Assembly (NCBI GenBank): GCA_944386665.1
Contig: CALXBZ010000001.1
Span: forward strand, 1 to 60,867
DNA: 60,867 bases
Reading direction: 5' to 3'
Source: an uncultured Clostridia bacterium
GTDB taxonomy: Bacteria; Bacillota; Clostridia; TANB77; CAG-508
The translations under genes and the position numbers were made by a program. The notes beneath the pieces are model-generated. The model ran no database searches. It saw only the letters and a list, made by a program, of their open reading frames with translations, and was not told the origin of the DNA. Shown here piece by piece: positions 47,549-57,065 of this stretch. The number at the start of each line of letters is the position of its first letter. The stretch's first letter is position 1.

Positions 47549-48427
47549 CTATATCCAATTTTCAACCAAAGAATCTGGAATTTTCAAATTGCCCTTTCCT
47601 ATAGCCATTTCTATATCTTTTTTATTTATTCCATGGTAATCGCTTCCACCACTTCTTAACAGTTTTCTTTTTTCCGTTAAGTCTAAGAGATATTTTATTT
47701 CCTCTTCTGAAAATTCACTATGATAACATTCCAATCCATCAATATCATAATTATTTATTATATCATTAATAAATTCTTCCTTATTTTTGATAGACTTGTA
47801 TATAAACATATGTGGCATAAACACAAGACCTCCAGCATCCCTTATTGCTTTAATAGCAACTTCTAGAGATGGGTAATCTTCACTCTTATCAATATATAGT
47901 GTTGTATTAGGGTCACCACAATATTTTTTATTGAATGTTGTGAAGTCATTTAATATATCTTGTGCATATACTCCTTCGTTTTCTTTGTATTTTTTTAAAT
48001 CTGTATATATTGTAAAACTTGCCCAATCTTTCTTAGGGTCCCAATCTATCTTATCTTTATCCGTTAATTTGAATCCTAATTCTTTACAAGCATCATATGT
48101 TTTATTGAAATATTTTAATTGTAATTTTTCTTTTGACTTATCTTTATAAAATTCTTTTACCCATTTGCTCATTTGTTCTAAATTATATTTATATCCTAGC
48201 ACTTCTATAGTTTTCTTATTGTATATGCATTTAATTTCTATTCCTGTAATAATTTTTCCGGTGTATATTTTTTCTACATCTAATTCTTTTATTTCTTCAT
48301 GAGCATGACAATTATCGTGGTCTGTAATTGAAATATATTTTAATTGTAATTTTTCAGCTTTTCGTAGTAGTTCTTCTGTAGTATCTGCTCCATCAGAATT
48401 ATTGGTATGCATATGTAAATCTATCAT
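47549..48427 (-). CDS. PHP-domain phosphoesterase
   Basis: MIDLHMHTNNSDGADTTEELL...YISITDHD, with a later GGSDYHG motif. Confidence 0.8.
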   Translation of the reverse strand: MIDLHMHTNNSDGADTTEELLRKAEKLQLKYISITDHDNCHAHEEIKELDVEKIYTGKIITGIEIKCIYNKKTIEVLGYKYNLEQMSKWVKEFYKDKSKEKLQLKYFNKTYDACKELGFKLTDKDKIDWDPKKDWASFTIYTDLKKYKENEGVYAQDILNDFTTFNKKYCGDPNTTLYIDKSEDYPSLEVAIKAIRDAGGLVFMPHMFIYKSIKNKEEFINDIINNYDIDGLECYHSEFSEEEIKYLLDLTEKRKLLRSGGSDYHGINKKDIEMAIGKGNLKIPDSLVENWI

Positions 48428-48544
48428 GTTTTTCCTCCATAATACTATTTTTATAACAATTTCAAAATTTATATTATTATACCAAAATTGTAATAATAAG
48501 TCAACTTTACATAATTCTTGATTCTTATCTTAAATTTTAACATA

Positions 48545-48583
48545 ATAAAAAAATTTCTAGTTCAGTAAAAACTAAACTAGAAA
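48545..48583 (-). terminator. Rho-independent terminator after the tRNA pair
   Basis: TTTCTAGTT (48554-48562) / AACTAGAAA (48575-48583), followed on the minus strand by a T7 run. Confidence 0.65.
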
Positions 48584-48586
48584 TTT

Positions 48587-48661
48587 TGGTTGGGCTGGCT
48601 AGATTCGAACTAGCGCATGCATGAGTCAAAGTCATGTGCCTTACCGCTTGGCTACAGCCCA
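48587..48661 (-). tRNA. tRNA-Gln (anticodon UUG), CCA encoded
   Basis: Hand-folded cloverleaf. Acceptor TGGGCTG/CAGCCCA, anticodon stem CATGA/TCATG with loop CTTTGAC, T-arm GCTAG-TTCGAAT-CTAGC. Confidence 0.9.
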
Positions 48662-48669
48662 TTATATAG

Positions 48670-48747
48670 TGGGGTGGAATGTGGGACTCGAACCCACGGT
48701 CTTCAGTGCCACAAACTGACGCGTTAACCAACTACGCTAAATCCACC
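48670..48747 (-). tRNA. tRNA-His (anticodon GUG) with G-1:C73, CCA encoded
   Basis: Hand-folded. Anticodon stem TCAGT/ACTGA with loop TTGTGGC, T-arm GTGGG-TTCGAGT-CCCAC. An extra 5-prime G pairs with C73. One T-T mismatch in the acceptor stem. Confidence 0.85.
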
Positions 48748-48788
48748 ATTAAACAATACATTTAATCTTTCAATCAAATGCATTATTT

Positions 48789-48818
48789 ATTTTAACTCAT
48801 ATTATATGGTTTTGTCAA
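48789..48818 (-). promoter_or_regulatory. Candidate sigma-A promoter for the tRNA-His/tRNA-Gln unit
   Basis: On the minus strand: TTGACA (48813-48818), 18-nt spacer, TAAAAT (48789-48794), about 40 nt upstream of the tRNA-His 5-prime end. Confidence 0.4.
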
Positions 48819-48852
48819 TAAATATATGTAATTTTTTATTATTTTTTTATTT

Positions 48853-49536
48853 TTATTCTTCTACTGCCCAAATTATAAGTCTTCCTTTAGAATTATCTGT
48901 ACAAGTTGATAAAGAAATTTCTCTTTTTCCATTTGTTTCACGTACTATAAAATCACTATCATCAGGTGATGTTTCATATATGTTATATATATTATATTTG
49001 ATTTTTGTACCGGAATTATCTGTTATGTATACTTTATCTCCCACTTTTAATCTATCATTGTTTCCAAAGAAATCTCCATTTCTATAATTATGTCCTACTA
49101 TAACGGTGTTTCCTGGCTTATTTAAACCATTTTCACTATACATTATAGCAACAGCCACCTCTATTGATGAAGGAGTCGCTTTTTCTAATATTGTATATTT
49201 TAAATTTATTGCTGGAATCTCAATTATTCCTTCCATGTTGTATTTACCTTGATATTGTGGTTTTGTAGGTGTTGTTCCAGGATTCTCATTTATATTATTG
49301 TTATTCTCTGTTGATGGCGCCTCTACATTTGGTAATTCTGTGTTTGTATTATCTTGATTGTCGTTAACGATATTTAATATAGAATTTTCAAATTCTGCTA
49401 TCATTTCTTCACTTTCTTTTTTATTCTCAAATTTTTTATATACATCAAAACCTAGAAAGCTTAGTAGTATTAAAACGCCTATTACAACTATAATTAATAT
49501 TATGGTTAATACTTTACCGTATTTTTTTTCTTCCAT
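48853..49536 (-). CDS. Sortase family transpeptidase
   Basis: N-terminal TM anchor, VIVGHN (catalytic His), LSTCT (TLxTC-type Cys) and a downstream Arg (GRLIIW). Confidence 0.8.
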   Translation of the reverse strand: MEEKKYGKVLTIILIIVVIGVLILLSFLGFDVYKKFENKKESEEMIAEFENSILNIVNDNQDNTNTELPNVEAPSTENNNNINENPGTTPTKPQYQGKYNMEGIIEIPAINLKYTILEKATPSSIEVAVAIMYSENGLNKPGNTVIVGHNYRNGDFFGNNDRLKVGDKVYITDNSGTKIKYNIYNIYETSPDDSDFIVRETNGKREISLSTCTDNSKGRLIIWAVEE

Positions 49537-49623
49537 TATTTCCTCCTAATAGTACAATTTCATCATTAATACAATTATACCATATTTCTTCTGTTTTGCA
49601 TATATGTTTTTAATTTTATTTAG

Positions 49624-49968
49624 CTATACAATTTTAGGTCCCATTTTTCCTCCAGCTAATAAGTGAAAGTGTAAGTGCATTACTTCTTGTCCAGCGTCCT
49701 TTCCACAATTATTAATTAATCTAAATCCATCTTTTTCTATTCCTAGTTGCTTTGCTATTTTATTAATCGCTAAAAATATATTTGCAATTATTTCCTTGTT
49801 TTCTGGTTTTATCTCTAGCACATTTTCAATGTGTTGTTTTGGAATTACCAATACATGTATTGGTGCTGCTGGATTTATGTCCTTAAAAGCTAATACTTCT
49901 TCATCTTCATATACTTTTTCTGATGGAATTTCTCCATTTATTATTTTACAAAAAATACAATCTTCCAT
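49624..49968 (-). CDS. HIT family (HinT-like) protein
   Basis: CIFCKIINGEIP and the histidine triad HLHFHLLAG. Start set at 49968 (GAAAGGATAAAT ATG). The track ORF extends to 50016. Confidence 0.9.
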   Translation of the reverse strand: MEDCIFCKIINGEIPSEKVYEDEEVLAFKDINPAAPIHVLVIPKQHIENVLEIKPENKEIIANIFLAINKIAKQLGIEKDGFRLINNCGKDAGQEVMHLHFHLLAGGKMGPKIV

Positions 49969-50015
49969 ATTTATCCTTTCAAAATGTACGTTTGGGGACA
50001 GTTCCCAAACATGCA

Positions 50016-51770
50016 TTATTCTAATATTGCTTTAATTCTTCTTACTCCTGCTGAACTTGCTTCTTCTTTTTTTATTTTGAATGTACCAAGTTCACTAGTA
50101 TTCTTTACATGAGGTCCTCCACATAGCTCTTTTGATACTGTGCCTATTGAGTATACTGTAACTATATCTGGATATTTCTCTATAAACATACATTCTGCAC
50201 CTGATTTTAAGGCTTCTTCTTTTTTCATTTCTTCAACAGTTACAGGTATTGCTTGTTTTATCCATTCATTGACTAATGTTTCTACTTTTTGTTTTTCTTC
50301 GTCTGTCAGTTTATGGTCACAACTAAAGTCAAATCTCATTCTTTCTGGTGTTATATTTGAACCTTTTTGATGCACATCTTTTCCTATAACTACTTTTAAA
50401 GCTGCATTTAACAAATGGGTTGCTGTATGATATTTTGTTTCCATTTCTCCGCTTCCAGATAAGCCGCCTTTAAATTTTTGCTCACTACCTATTCTTGATT
50501 TTTCTTGGTGTTCTTTGAATAATCTATCAAATTCAGAACTATCTATGCTTAGTTTTTGTTCTTTTGCTAAATCAGCTGTTACCTCTGGAGGAAAGCCATA
50601 TGTTTCATATAATGTAAATAAATCCTGTCCTGATATTAAATCTTTTCCTTCATTTCTTAATTTATTTACTATTTTATTAAATTCTCTTTCTCCACGTTCT
50701 AAAGTTTTTTCAAATTTATCTTTTTCTTCTATTATTACAGACTTTATTCTTTCCTTATTTTTTAATAAATCTGGATACATTTCTTTTAATGTTTCTATGT
50801 TTAATTCAATTAATTTTGATAACTCATTTAAATCTATTTGTAATTTTCTTAAATGTCTTACCATTCTACGAATTAGTCTTCTTAAAATGTATCCCCTATC
50901 TACATTACTTGGAAGTCCACCATCTAAAATTATCATCATACTAGCACGAAGATGTTCTGCGACTATTCTTCTACTTGCTATATCATCTATTTGGGCTAAT
51001 TCTAATAGCTTATCCATTACAGGTTTGAATAATTCCGTATCAAAAGGAGTTTGTTTACCTTCTAATAACATAGTCATTCTTTCTAATCCAAGTCCTGTGT
51101 CTACATTATGTTGTTTTAACTTTGTGTATTTTCCATCTTTTGTTTTAAAGAATTCCATAAATACATTGTTCCAAATTTCCACATATTTTCCGCAACCGCA
51201 TGATGGATTACAATTTTCTGAACATTTTGGTTTTCCTGTATCATAAAACATTTCTGTATCTGGTCCACAAGGTCCTTCTTCTCCTGCTATCCACCAATTA
51301 TCCTCTTTACCAAAGAAATATATTCTATCTTCTGGAATTCCTGCTTTTCTCCAACAATCTGCTGTAATATTATCTCTTTGACAATCTTCATCTCCTGCAA
51401 AACATGTTACAGATAATTTTTCTACTGGAATTCCTAATTCTTTTGTTAGGAATTCAAAACTCATAGCAACAGCTTCCTCTTTAAAGTAGTCTCCTAGAGA
51501 CCAATTTCCTAACATTTCAAAATATGTTAAATGTCTATTATCTCCCACTTCATCTATGTCATTCGTACGCAAACATTTTTGGTAATCTGTAAGTCTTGTT
51601 CCTTCTGGATGTTTTTCTCCTAAAAGATATGGTACTAATGGTTGCATTCCAGCTGTTGTAAATAATACAGATGGATCATTTTCTGGAATTAATGGTGCAC
51701 TGGGTATTACTGCATGTCCATGTTTTTTAAAAAATTCTAAGTATTTATTTCTTATTTCTATTGCTTTCAT
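50016..51770 (-). CDS. alaS: Alanine--tRNA ligase-like protein, unusually short (584 aa)
   Basis: AlaRS N-terminus IRNKYLEFFKKHGHAVIPSAPLIP...FTTAGMQPL, WSLGDYFK and DTGLGLERM. Editing-site HTATHLL and CGGPHV. It ends at GVRRIKAILE with no C-terminal (C-Ala) domain. Confidence 0.8.
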   Translation of the reverse strand: MKAIEIRNKYLEFFKKHGHAVIPSAPLIPENDPSVLFTTAGMQPLVPYLLGEKHPEGTRLTDYQKCLRTNDIDEVGDNRHLTYFEMLGNWSLGDYFKEEAVAMSFEFLTKELGIPVEKLSVTCFAGDEDCQRDNITADCWRKAGIPEDRIYFFGKEDNWWIAGEEGPCGPDTEMFYDTGKPKCSENCNPSCGCGKYVEIWNNVFMEFFKTKDGKYTKLKQHNVDTGLGLERMTMLLEGKQTPFDTELFKPVMDKLLELAQIDDIASRRIVAEHLRASMMIILDGGLPSNVDRGYILRRLIRRMVRHLRKLQIDLNELSKLIELNIETLKEMYPDLLKNKERIKSVIIEEKDKFEKTLERGEREFNKIVNKLRNEGKDLISGQDLFTLYETYGFPPEVTADLAKEQKLSIDSSEFDRLFKEHQEKSRIGSEQKFKGGLSGSGEMETKYHTATHLLNAALKVVIGKDVHQKGSNITPERMRFDFSCDHKLTDEEKQKVETLVNEWIKQAIPVTVEEMKKEEALKSGAECMFIEKYPDIVTVYSIGTVSKELCGGPHVKNTSELGTFKIKKEEASSAGVRRIKAILE

Positions 51771-51880
51771 CTAAATTTCCTCTTTTCTTTTCTACTTACA
51801 TTATTAAATGTTTTAAACTTTTGTTCATTATTTAGTTTTTCGCTTATTTATGTATTTTATTATTTTTTACATTTATATAG

Positions 51881-51908
51881 ATTTTATCATCTAATAAAAG
51901 TTTGTCAA
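51881..51908 (-). promoter_or_regulatory. Sigma-A promoter (extended -10) for the alaS-like gene
   Basis: On the minus strand: TTGACA (51903-51908), 16-nt spacer ending in TGA, then TAAAAT (51881-51886). Confidence 0.55.
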
Positions 51909-51960
51909 TTATTTTCTTATATTTTTAATATTGTTCGCCAAAAATACTTATTTTGTTCTT

Positions 51961-52251
51961 TTAATTATCATAATCTAATTCTTCTTTTCTTTTTAAATAT
52001 CTACGCTCAACTAAATTCATTTTATCTTGTAGCTTTTTAAGGTATACTCCTACATGAGCTTGTTTTTCTATTAAAGCTTTTTGTTTTGGATTAATTTTTC
52101 CGTCGTTTATTTCTACGTCGTTTGGTAAAATCAATGTTGGAGAAATTATTGCTTGAAGTTCTCCATTAGGAGTAATTTTTAATAATCTTTCACATACTGT
52201 TATATTTGTATACAAAAATTTCAGATAATAACCTAATTGGCTCTTTTCCAT
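51961..52251 (-). CDS. Hypothetical protein (96 aa as called)
   Basis: ORF with a weak SD. Its frame stays open about 10 codons upstream of the ATG. It overlaps an SD-led ORF in another frame (see the finding at 51961-52351). Confidence 0.45.
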   Translation of the reverse strand: MEKSQLGYYLKFLYTNITVCERLLKITPNGELQAIISPTLILPNDVEINDGKINPKQKALIEKQAHVGVYLKKLQDKMNLVERRYLKRKEELDYDN

Positions 52252-52351
52252 TGTTATGCTTTCTGGTTTGCCTTGGGTCCGCCTTTATTCTGTATAAATC
52301 ACATGCCCTAAAATATTTACTATTATTTTTATATTCTTTTCTGTTTATCAT
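52190..52351 (-). CDS. Alternative or overlapping small ORF (53 aa) with a strong SD
   Basis: GGAGGCAGT ATG at 52351. My translation: MINRKEYKNNSKYFRACDLYRIKADPRQTRKHNNGKEPIRLLSEIFVYKYNSM. It overlaps 51961-52251 by about 60 nt in a different frame. Confidence 0.3.
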   Translation of the reverse strand: MINRKEYKNNSKYFRACDLYRIKADPRQTRKHNNGKEPIRLLSEIFVYKYNSM

Positions 52352-52412
52352 ACTGCCTCCAAAAGTTCATTAATCTTACATTTTTACTTTCTTGTGTTAT
52401 TCATTTTCAAAA

Positions 52413-53741
52413 TTAAAATGTTCCAATTAAATTTCTTGTTTTTTCATCAGTATCTATAATTTTTATTTTTTCTATGTGGTTTATTACATCTTTTTTATTT
52501 TTTTCTGGCACTTCCACCATCATGTAGTTAGTGGTATGTCCTTTATAAGCTCCATCTTCATATTCTTCGAATAAAACATTTACAGTTTTTCCAATATACT
52601 CTTTATTATGCCTGTTTTCATTATTATTTGATAATTCTATTAAATTACTGCTTCTTTCTTCTTTTATGTTGCCATCTACTTGTTTAGGCATCTTTTCTGC
52701 AACAGTTCCTCTTCTAGGCGAATATTTAAATATATGCATTCTATAAAAATCCACACTCTTTAGAAATTCATAAGTTCTATTAAATTCTTCGTCTGTTTCT
52801 CCTGGAAAACCAACTATCACATCTGTTGTTATACTTACATTTGGATAATATTTTCTTAGAATATCTGTTGCTTCTTTATATCTTGCCGTAGTATATTTTC
52901 TATTCATTCTTTTTAAAGTTTCGTCGCATCCACTTTGTAAAGATAAATGAAAGTGGTCACATATTTTTTCTAGTTTAGATAATCTTTTTGCGAATTCTTC
53001 GTCAACTATCGTTGGTTCTAATGAACCTAAACGAATTCTCTCTATTCCGTCTATTTTATTAATTGCTTCTAATAAATCTATAAGTCTAATCTTTTTGTTT
53101 TCATCTGCTGTGTCAAAGTCTTTTCCATAAGATGCAATGTGTATTCCTGTTATTACAACCTCTTTTATTCCTTGTTCTGAAATTTTTTTAATTTCTGATA
53201 CTACATTCTCTATTTTTCTACTTCTTATCCTTCCTCTTGCATATGGTATTATGCAGTATGAGCAAAACATATTACATCCATCTTGTACTTTTATTACAGC
53301 TCTATTTTTTTCTGTATATGTTACATCTCCAAAATCTAAAAATTCATTTTGATGTGCAACGTCAGATACATTTGTCTCTTTTGATTTTCTTTGCTCTTCG
53401 ATATATTTTTCTACAATTTCTACAATATTATTTTTCTCATTTATTCCTAAAATTATATCAATTTCTGGAATTTCTTCCAATTCTTTTTTTGCAACTTGTG
53501 CATAACAACCGCAAACAACTAAAATAGCAGATTTATTAAGTTCTTTTACTCTTCTTAACATCTGTCTAGATTTTCTCTCTGCCATGTTGGTTACAGTGCA
53601 TGTATTTATTACATATATCTCTGCTTTTTCTATATTATTTACTATTTTATATCCACTTTTTATAAACTGCTGTTCCATTGCATTTGTTTCATATTGATTT
53701 ACTTTGCAACCTAGAGTATAAAAAGCAACTGTTTTCTCCAT
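52413..53741 (-). CDS. mtaB: tRNA t6A37 methylthiotransferase MtaB
   Basis: VAFYTLGCKVNQYETNAM N-terminus, radical-SAM CNMFCSYCIIPYARG, and a TRAM-like C-terminus. Confidence 0.85.
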   Translation of the reverse strand: MEKTVAFYTLGCKVNQYETNAMEQQFIKSGYKIVNNIEKAEIYVINTCTVTNMAERKSRQMLRRVKELNKSAILVVCGCYAQVAKKELEEIPEIDIILGINEKNNIVEIVEKYIEEQRKSKETNVSDVAHQNEFLDFGDVTYTEKNRAVIKVQDGCNMFCSYCIIPYARGRIRSRKIENVVSEIKKISEQGIKEVVITGIHIASYGKDFDTADENKKIRLIDLLEAINKIDGIERIRLGSLEPTIVDEEFAKRLSKLEKICDHFHLSLQSGCDETLKRMNRKYTTARYKEATDILRKYYPNVSITTDVIVGFPGETDEEFNRTYEFLKSVDFYRMHIFKYSPRRGTVAEKMPKQVDGNIKEERSSNLIELSNNNENRHNKEYIGKTVNVLFEEYEDGAYKGHTTNYMMVEVPEKNKKDVINHIEKIKIIDTDEKTRNLIGTF

Positions 53742-54071
53742 TTTTTCTTACATTCCTTTCCAAAGGTTAAAATCAAGTTGTAAAAGAATTAAATTGTAAT
53801 TATTTTTCAACCTTCTTCTTCCTCTCAAAACATTTAAAATACTTATTTATATTACCACATTTTTCAAAAAAGTGCAATATCTAGGCGTTTTCGCAATATA
53901 TTTTTATAATTGAGTTTAACTTTTCACTTAATGTTTTATTTTTTATTTTTTGACACATAATAATATCAATTATCAAAATAGTTAGTTTATTTTACTTATT
54001 GATTATCTTTTACTTTTGGGTTTCTGTAAAACTTATTTTATAAATGTTATATTTTTTATAGTAAAAATTCT

Positions 54072-54101
54072 AGATTTTCTCGCTGTTTGCATAGAAAATC
54101 T
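54072..54101 (+). promoter_or_regulatory. Inverted repeat upstream of the XRE regulator gene (candidate operator)
   Basis: AGATTTTCT (54072-54080), 12 nt, AGAAAATCT (54093-54101), about 40 nt upstream of the ATG at 54142. Confidence 0.35.
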
Positions 54102-54141
54102 CAATTTTAACTTTTATTAGATTATCTAAGAGGTGAATTTT

Positions 54142-54471
54142 ATGGCAGTAGATTACCATATTATTGGTTCAAGATTAAAACAAGCTCGATTAAAAGCTGG
54201 TTTAACACAGCAAGAATTAGCAGAAAAAGCAAATCTTTCTGTAGCTTTCATTAGTAGAATTGAAAGAGGAAACTCTCACATAAATTTAAAAAGATTAAGT
54301 GAATTCTGTAGTATTTTAAATACTTCTGAGGGTTATATATTAAATGGAGTTTCTGATAAAGACGAAAAATATTTATATGATGAGTTTAACAATCTATTAA
54401 AAAAATGTTCTCCAGAAAAGCAAAAGTTAATATATAAACTTTCAAAAGTGATAGCAGAAAATGAAGATTAA
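54142..54471 (+). CDS. XRE-family HTH transcriptional regulator
   Basis: IGSRLKQARLKAGLTQQELAEKANLSVAFISRIERG is a classic Cro/CI HTH. ATG at 54142 preceded by AGAGGTG. The track ORF starts at GTG 54133. Confidence 0.85.
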   Translation: MAVDYHIIGSRLKQARLKAGLTQQELAEKANLSVAFISRIERGNSHINLKRLSEFCSILNTSEGYILNGVSDKDEKYLYDEFNNLLKKCSPEKQKLIYKLSKVIAENED

Positions 54472-54700
54472 TTTTAAAAAATTTTGATGTACTCAATATT
54501 TTATGCAAAATACAAAATATGCGTAAATATTGGGTATATTTTTGTTAACTAACTATTAATATTTTGTTAAATTTCATTTTTTTTAAACATTTTTTAAACA
54601 TTCTATATTTTAACACAATTTTTATTGATAAATTTTATTTACTATGTTAATATTAATAATGGAACGTTTATAAATATAAACATTTTAAGGAGGTAAAATT

Positions 54701-56932
54701 ATGGAATTTAAACAATGGAACAATTTTTCAAAAGGTGAATGGACTAAAGAAATTGACGTTAGAGATTTCATTCAAAAAAATTATACTCCATACACTGGAG
54801 ATGAAAGTTTTTTATCAAAAGCTACTGATAAAACTACAAAACTTTGGAATAAGGTTTTAAAATTATATGAAACAGAAAAGGAAAACGGAGTATTAGATGT
54901 AGATACAAAGACTCCTTCTGGAATAAATAGATATGAAGCAGGATATTTAGATAAGGATTTGGAAGAAATTGTTGGCTTCCAAACAGATGCACCTTTAAAA
55001 AGAGCAATTATGCCAAATGGTGGAATAAGAATTGTAGAAAAGTCTTGCGAATCTTATGGTTATAAAGTTGATGACGAAATTGAATATATTTATCATAACT
55101 TAAGGAAAACCCATAATGATGGTGTATTTGACGTTTACACACCAGACATTCGTATTGCTAGATCTCACCATTTATTAACAGGTCTTCCTGACGGTTATGG
55201 TCGTGGACGTATTATTGGTGATTATAGACGTGTTGCTCTATATGGAGTAGATGCTTTAATTAATGAGAAAAAAGATGAGTTAAATACTCTTGATGTTGAT
55301 GAATTTACAGAAGATGTAATTCGTGACAGAGAAGAAATTGCTGAACAAATTAAAGCATTACAAGATTTGAAAAAAATGGCTGAAAAATATGGCTTTGATA
55401 TTTCTATGCCAGCTTCTAACTCTAAAGAAGCTGTTCAATGGTTATATTTTGCATATTTAGGAGCTGTAAAAGATCAAAATGGTGCTGCTATGTCTTTAGG
55501 AAGAACTTCTACTTTCTTAGATATATACTTTGAAAGAGATTTAAAAGCTGGAATAATAACCGAAGAAGAAGTTCAAGAACTTATGGATCAATTTGTTATG
55601 AAATTAAGAATGGTTCGTTTCCTAAGAGCCCCTGAGTACAATGAATTATTTTCTGGTGATCCAGTTTGGGTAACAGAAAGTATTGGTGGTATGGGAGTTG
55701 ATGGTAGAACTCTTGTTACAAAAAACTCTTTTAGAGTTCTTCATACTCTAGAAAATTTAGGTGCTGCTCCTGAGCCAAACTTAACAGTATTGTGGTCTAA
55801 CAAATTACCAAAAGCTTTTAAAGATTATTGTGCAAAAATATCTATCGCTACATCTTCTATTCAATACGAAAATGACGATTTAATGAGAATTACATTAGGT
55901 GATGATTATGGTATTGCATGTTGCGTATCTGCTATGAAAATTGGTAAACAAATGCAGTTCTTTGGTGCAAGAGCAAACCTTGCAAAAGCTTTACTTTATG
56001 CTATTAACGGTGGAAGAGATGAAAACACTGGAAAACAAGTTACACCAATGTTTGCTCCAATTACCTCTGAATATTTAGATTATGATGAAGTAATGTCAAA
56101 ATATACCCAAATGTTGGATTATGTTGCAAAAATATATATGAAATCATTAAACGCTATTCACTATATGCATGATAAATATTCATACGAAGCATTGGAAATG
56201 GCTCTACACGATAGAAATGTACTACGCACTATGGCTTGCGGTATTGCTGGTCTTTCGGTTGCAGTTGACTCTTTATCTGCAATTAAATATGCAAAAGTAA
56301 AAGTTATTAGAGACGAAACAGGTTTAGCAACAGACTATGAAGTTGAAGGGGATTTTCCAAAATACGGAAACGACGATGATAGAGTTGATGAAATCGCTGT
56401 AGAATTAGTAAAAACATTTATGAAAAAGTTAGAAGGTCATAAAACATACAGAAACGCAAAACCAACTCAATCAATTCTTACAATAACATCAAATGTAGTT
56501 TACGGTAAGGCAACTGGAAACACTCCTGATGGAAGAAGTGCAGGAACCCCATTTGGACCAGGTGCAAACCCATTACACGGAAGAGATAGTTCCGGAGCCT
56601 TAGCTGTAATGAACACTATAGCAAAACTTCCTTATGAGTATTCAGAAGATGGTATTTCTTTTACTTTCTCAATTACTCCTGGCACTCTTGGTAAAGATGA
56701 AGAAACAAAAATAAATAATTTGGTAAGCATGCTAGATGGATATTTTATTCAAACAGGACATCATATAAATGTTAATGTTTTTGATAGATCATTATTAATA
56801 GACGCTATGAATCATCCTGAAAAATATCCACAACTTACAATTCGTGTTTCTGGTTATGCTGTAAACTTTGTAAAACTAACTAGAGAACAACAATTAGATG
56901 TAATAAATAGAACAATTCATGAAAGAATTTAG
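54701..56932 (+). CDS. pflB: Formate C-acetyltransferase (pyruvate formate-lyase)
   Basis: Active-site GIACCVSAM (Cys-Cys) and glycyl-radical motif [11 protein letters not shown] near the C-terminus. 743 aa. Confidence 0.97.
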   Translation: MEFKQWNNFSKGEWTKEIDVRDFIQKNYTPYTGDESFLSKATDKTTKLWNKVLKLYETEKENGVLDVDTKTPSGINRYEAGYLDKDLEEIVGFQTDAPLKRAIMPNGGIRIVEKSCESYGYKVDDEIEYIYHNLRKTHNDGVFDVYTPDIRIARSHHLLTGLPDGYGRGRIIGDYRRVALYGVDALINEKKDELNTLDVDEFTEDVIRDREEIAEQIKALQDLKKMAEKYGFDISMPASNSKEAVQWLYFAYLGAVKDQNGAAMSLGRTSTFLDIYFERDLKAGIITEEEVQELMDQFVMKLRMVRFLRAPEYNELFSGDPVWVTESIGGMGVDGRTLVTKNSFRVLHTLENLGAAPEPNLTVLWSNKLPKAFKDYCAKISIATSSIQYENDDLMRITLGDDYGIACCVSAMKIGKQMQFFGARANLAKALLYAINGGRDENTGKQVTPMFAPITSEYLDYDEVMSKYTQMLDYVAKIYMKSLNAIHYMHDKYSYEALEMALHDRNVLRTMACGIAGLSVAVDSLSAIKYAKVKVIRDETGLATDYEVEGDFPKYGNDDDRVDEIAVELVKTFMKKLEGHKTYRNAKPTQSILTITSNVVYGKATGNTPDGRSAGTPFGPGANPLHGRDSSGALAVMNTIAKLPYEYSEDGISFTFSITPGTLGKDEETKINNLVSMLDGYFIQTGHHINVNVFDRSLLIDAMNHPEKYPQLTIRVSGYAVNFVKLTREQQLDVINRTIHERI

Positions 56933-56974
56933 ACAATCGAGACGCTTCTCTTAGGACGTTTTTATTCCAAAGGT

Positions 56975-57020
56975 TCAGTTCTCTTTAGTACTTCCTTAGT
57001 TCAAAGAGAACTGATTTTTT
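56975..57020 (+). terminator. Rho-independent terminator/attenuator between pflB and pflA
   Basis: 12-bp stem TCAGTTCTCTTT (56975-56986) / AAAGAGAACTGA (57003-57014) followed by T6. Confidence 0.7.
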
Positions 57021-57065
57021 GGATAGATTTATACCCTTAAATTTTTTAACGGAGGTTATGATTAA

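Noticed and set aside
48537-48731. A 64-aa minus-strand ORF.
   Set aside because: It is entirely explained by the tRNA-Gln and tRNA-His genes and their terminator.
48428-48852. Genomic island integrated at the tRNA-His/tRNA-Gln pair.
   Set aside because: No integrase or recombinase gene is present. I found no direct repeat of either tRNA 3-prime end in the flanking ~5 kb. Only the gene content (zeta-like module) is suggestive.
51771-51960. T-box leader upstream of the alaS-like gene.
   Set aside because: The leader is only about 100 nt and extremely AT-rich. It has no specifier-loop or antiterminator-like conserved T-box sequence and no terminator hairpin.
54484-54497. FNR/CRP-like site TTGATGTACTCAAT upstream of pflB.
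   Set aside because: The second half-site reads TCAAT rather than ATCAA. It is therefore not the TTGAT-N4-ATCAA inverted repeat, and is more likely chance in AT-rich DNA.
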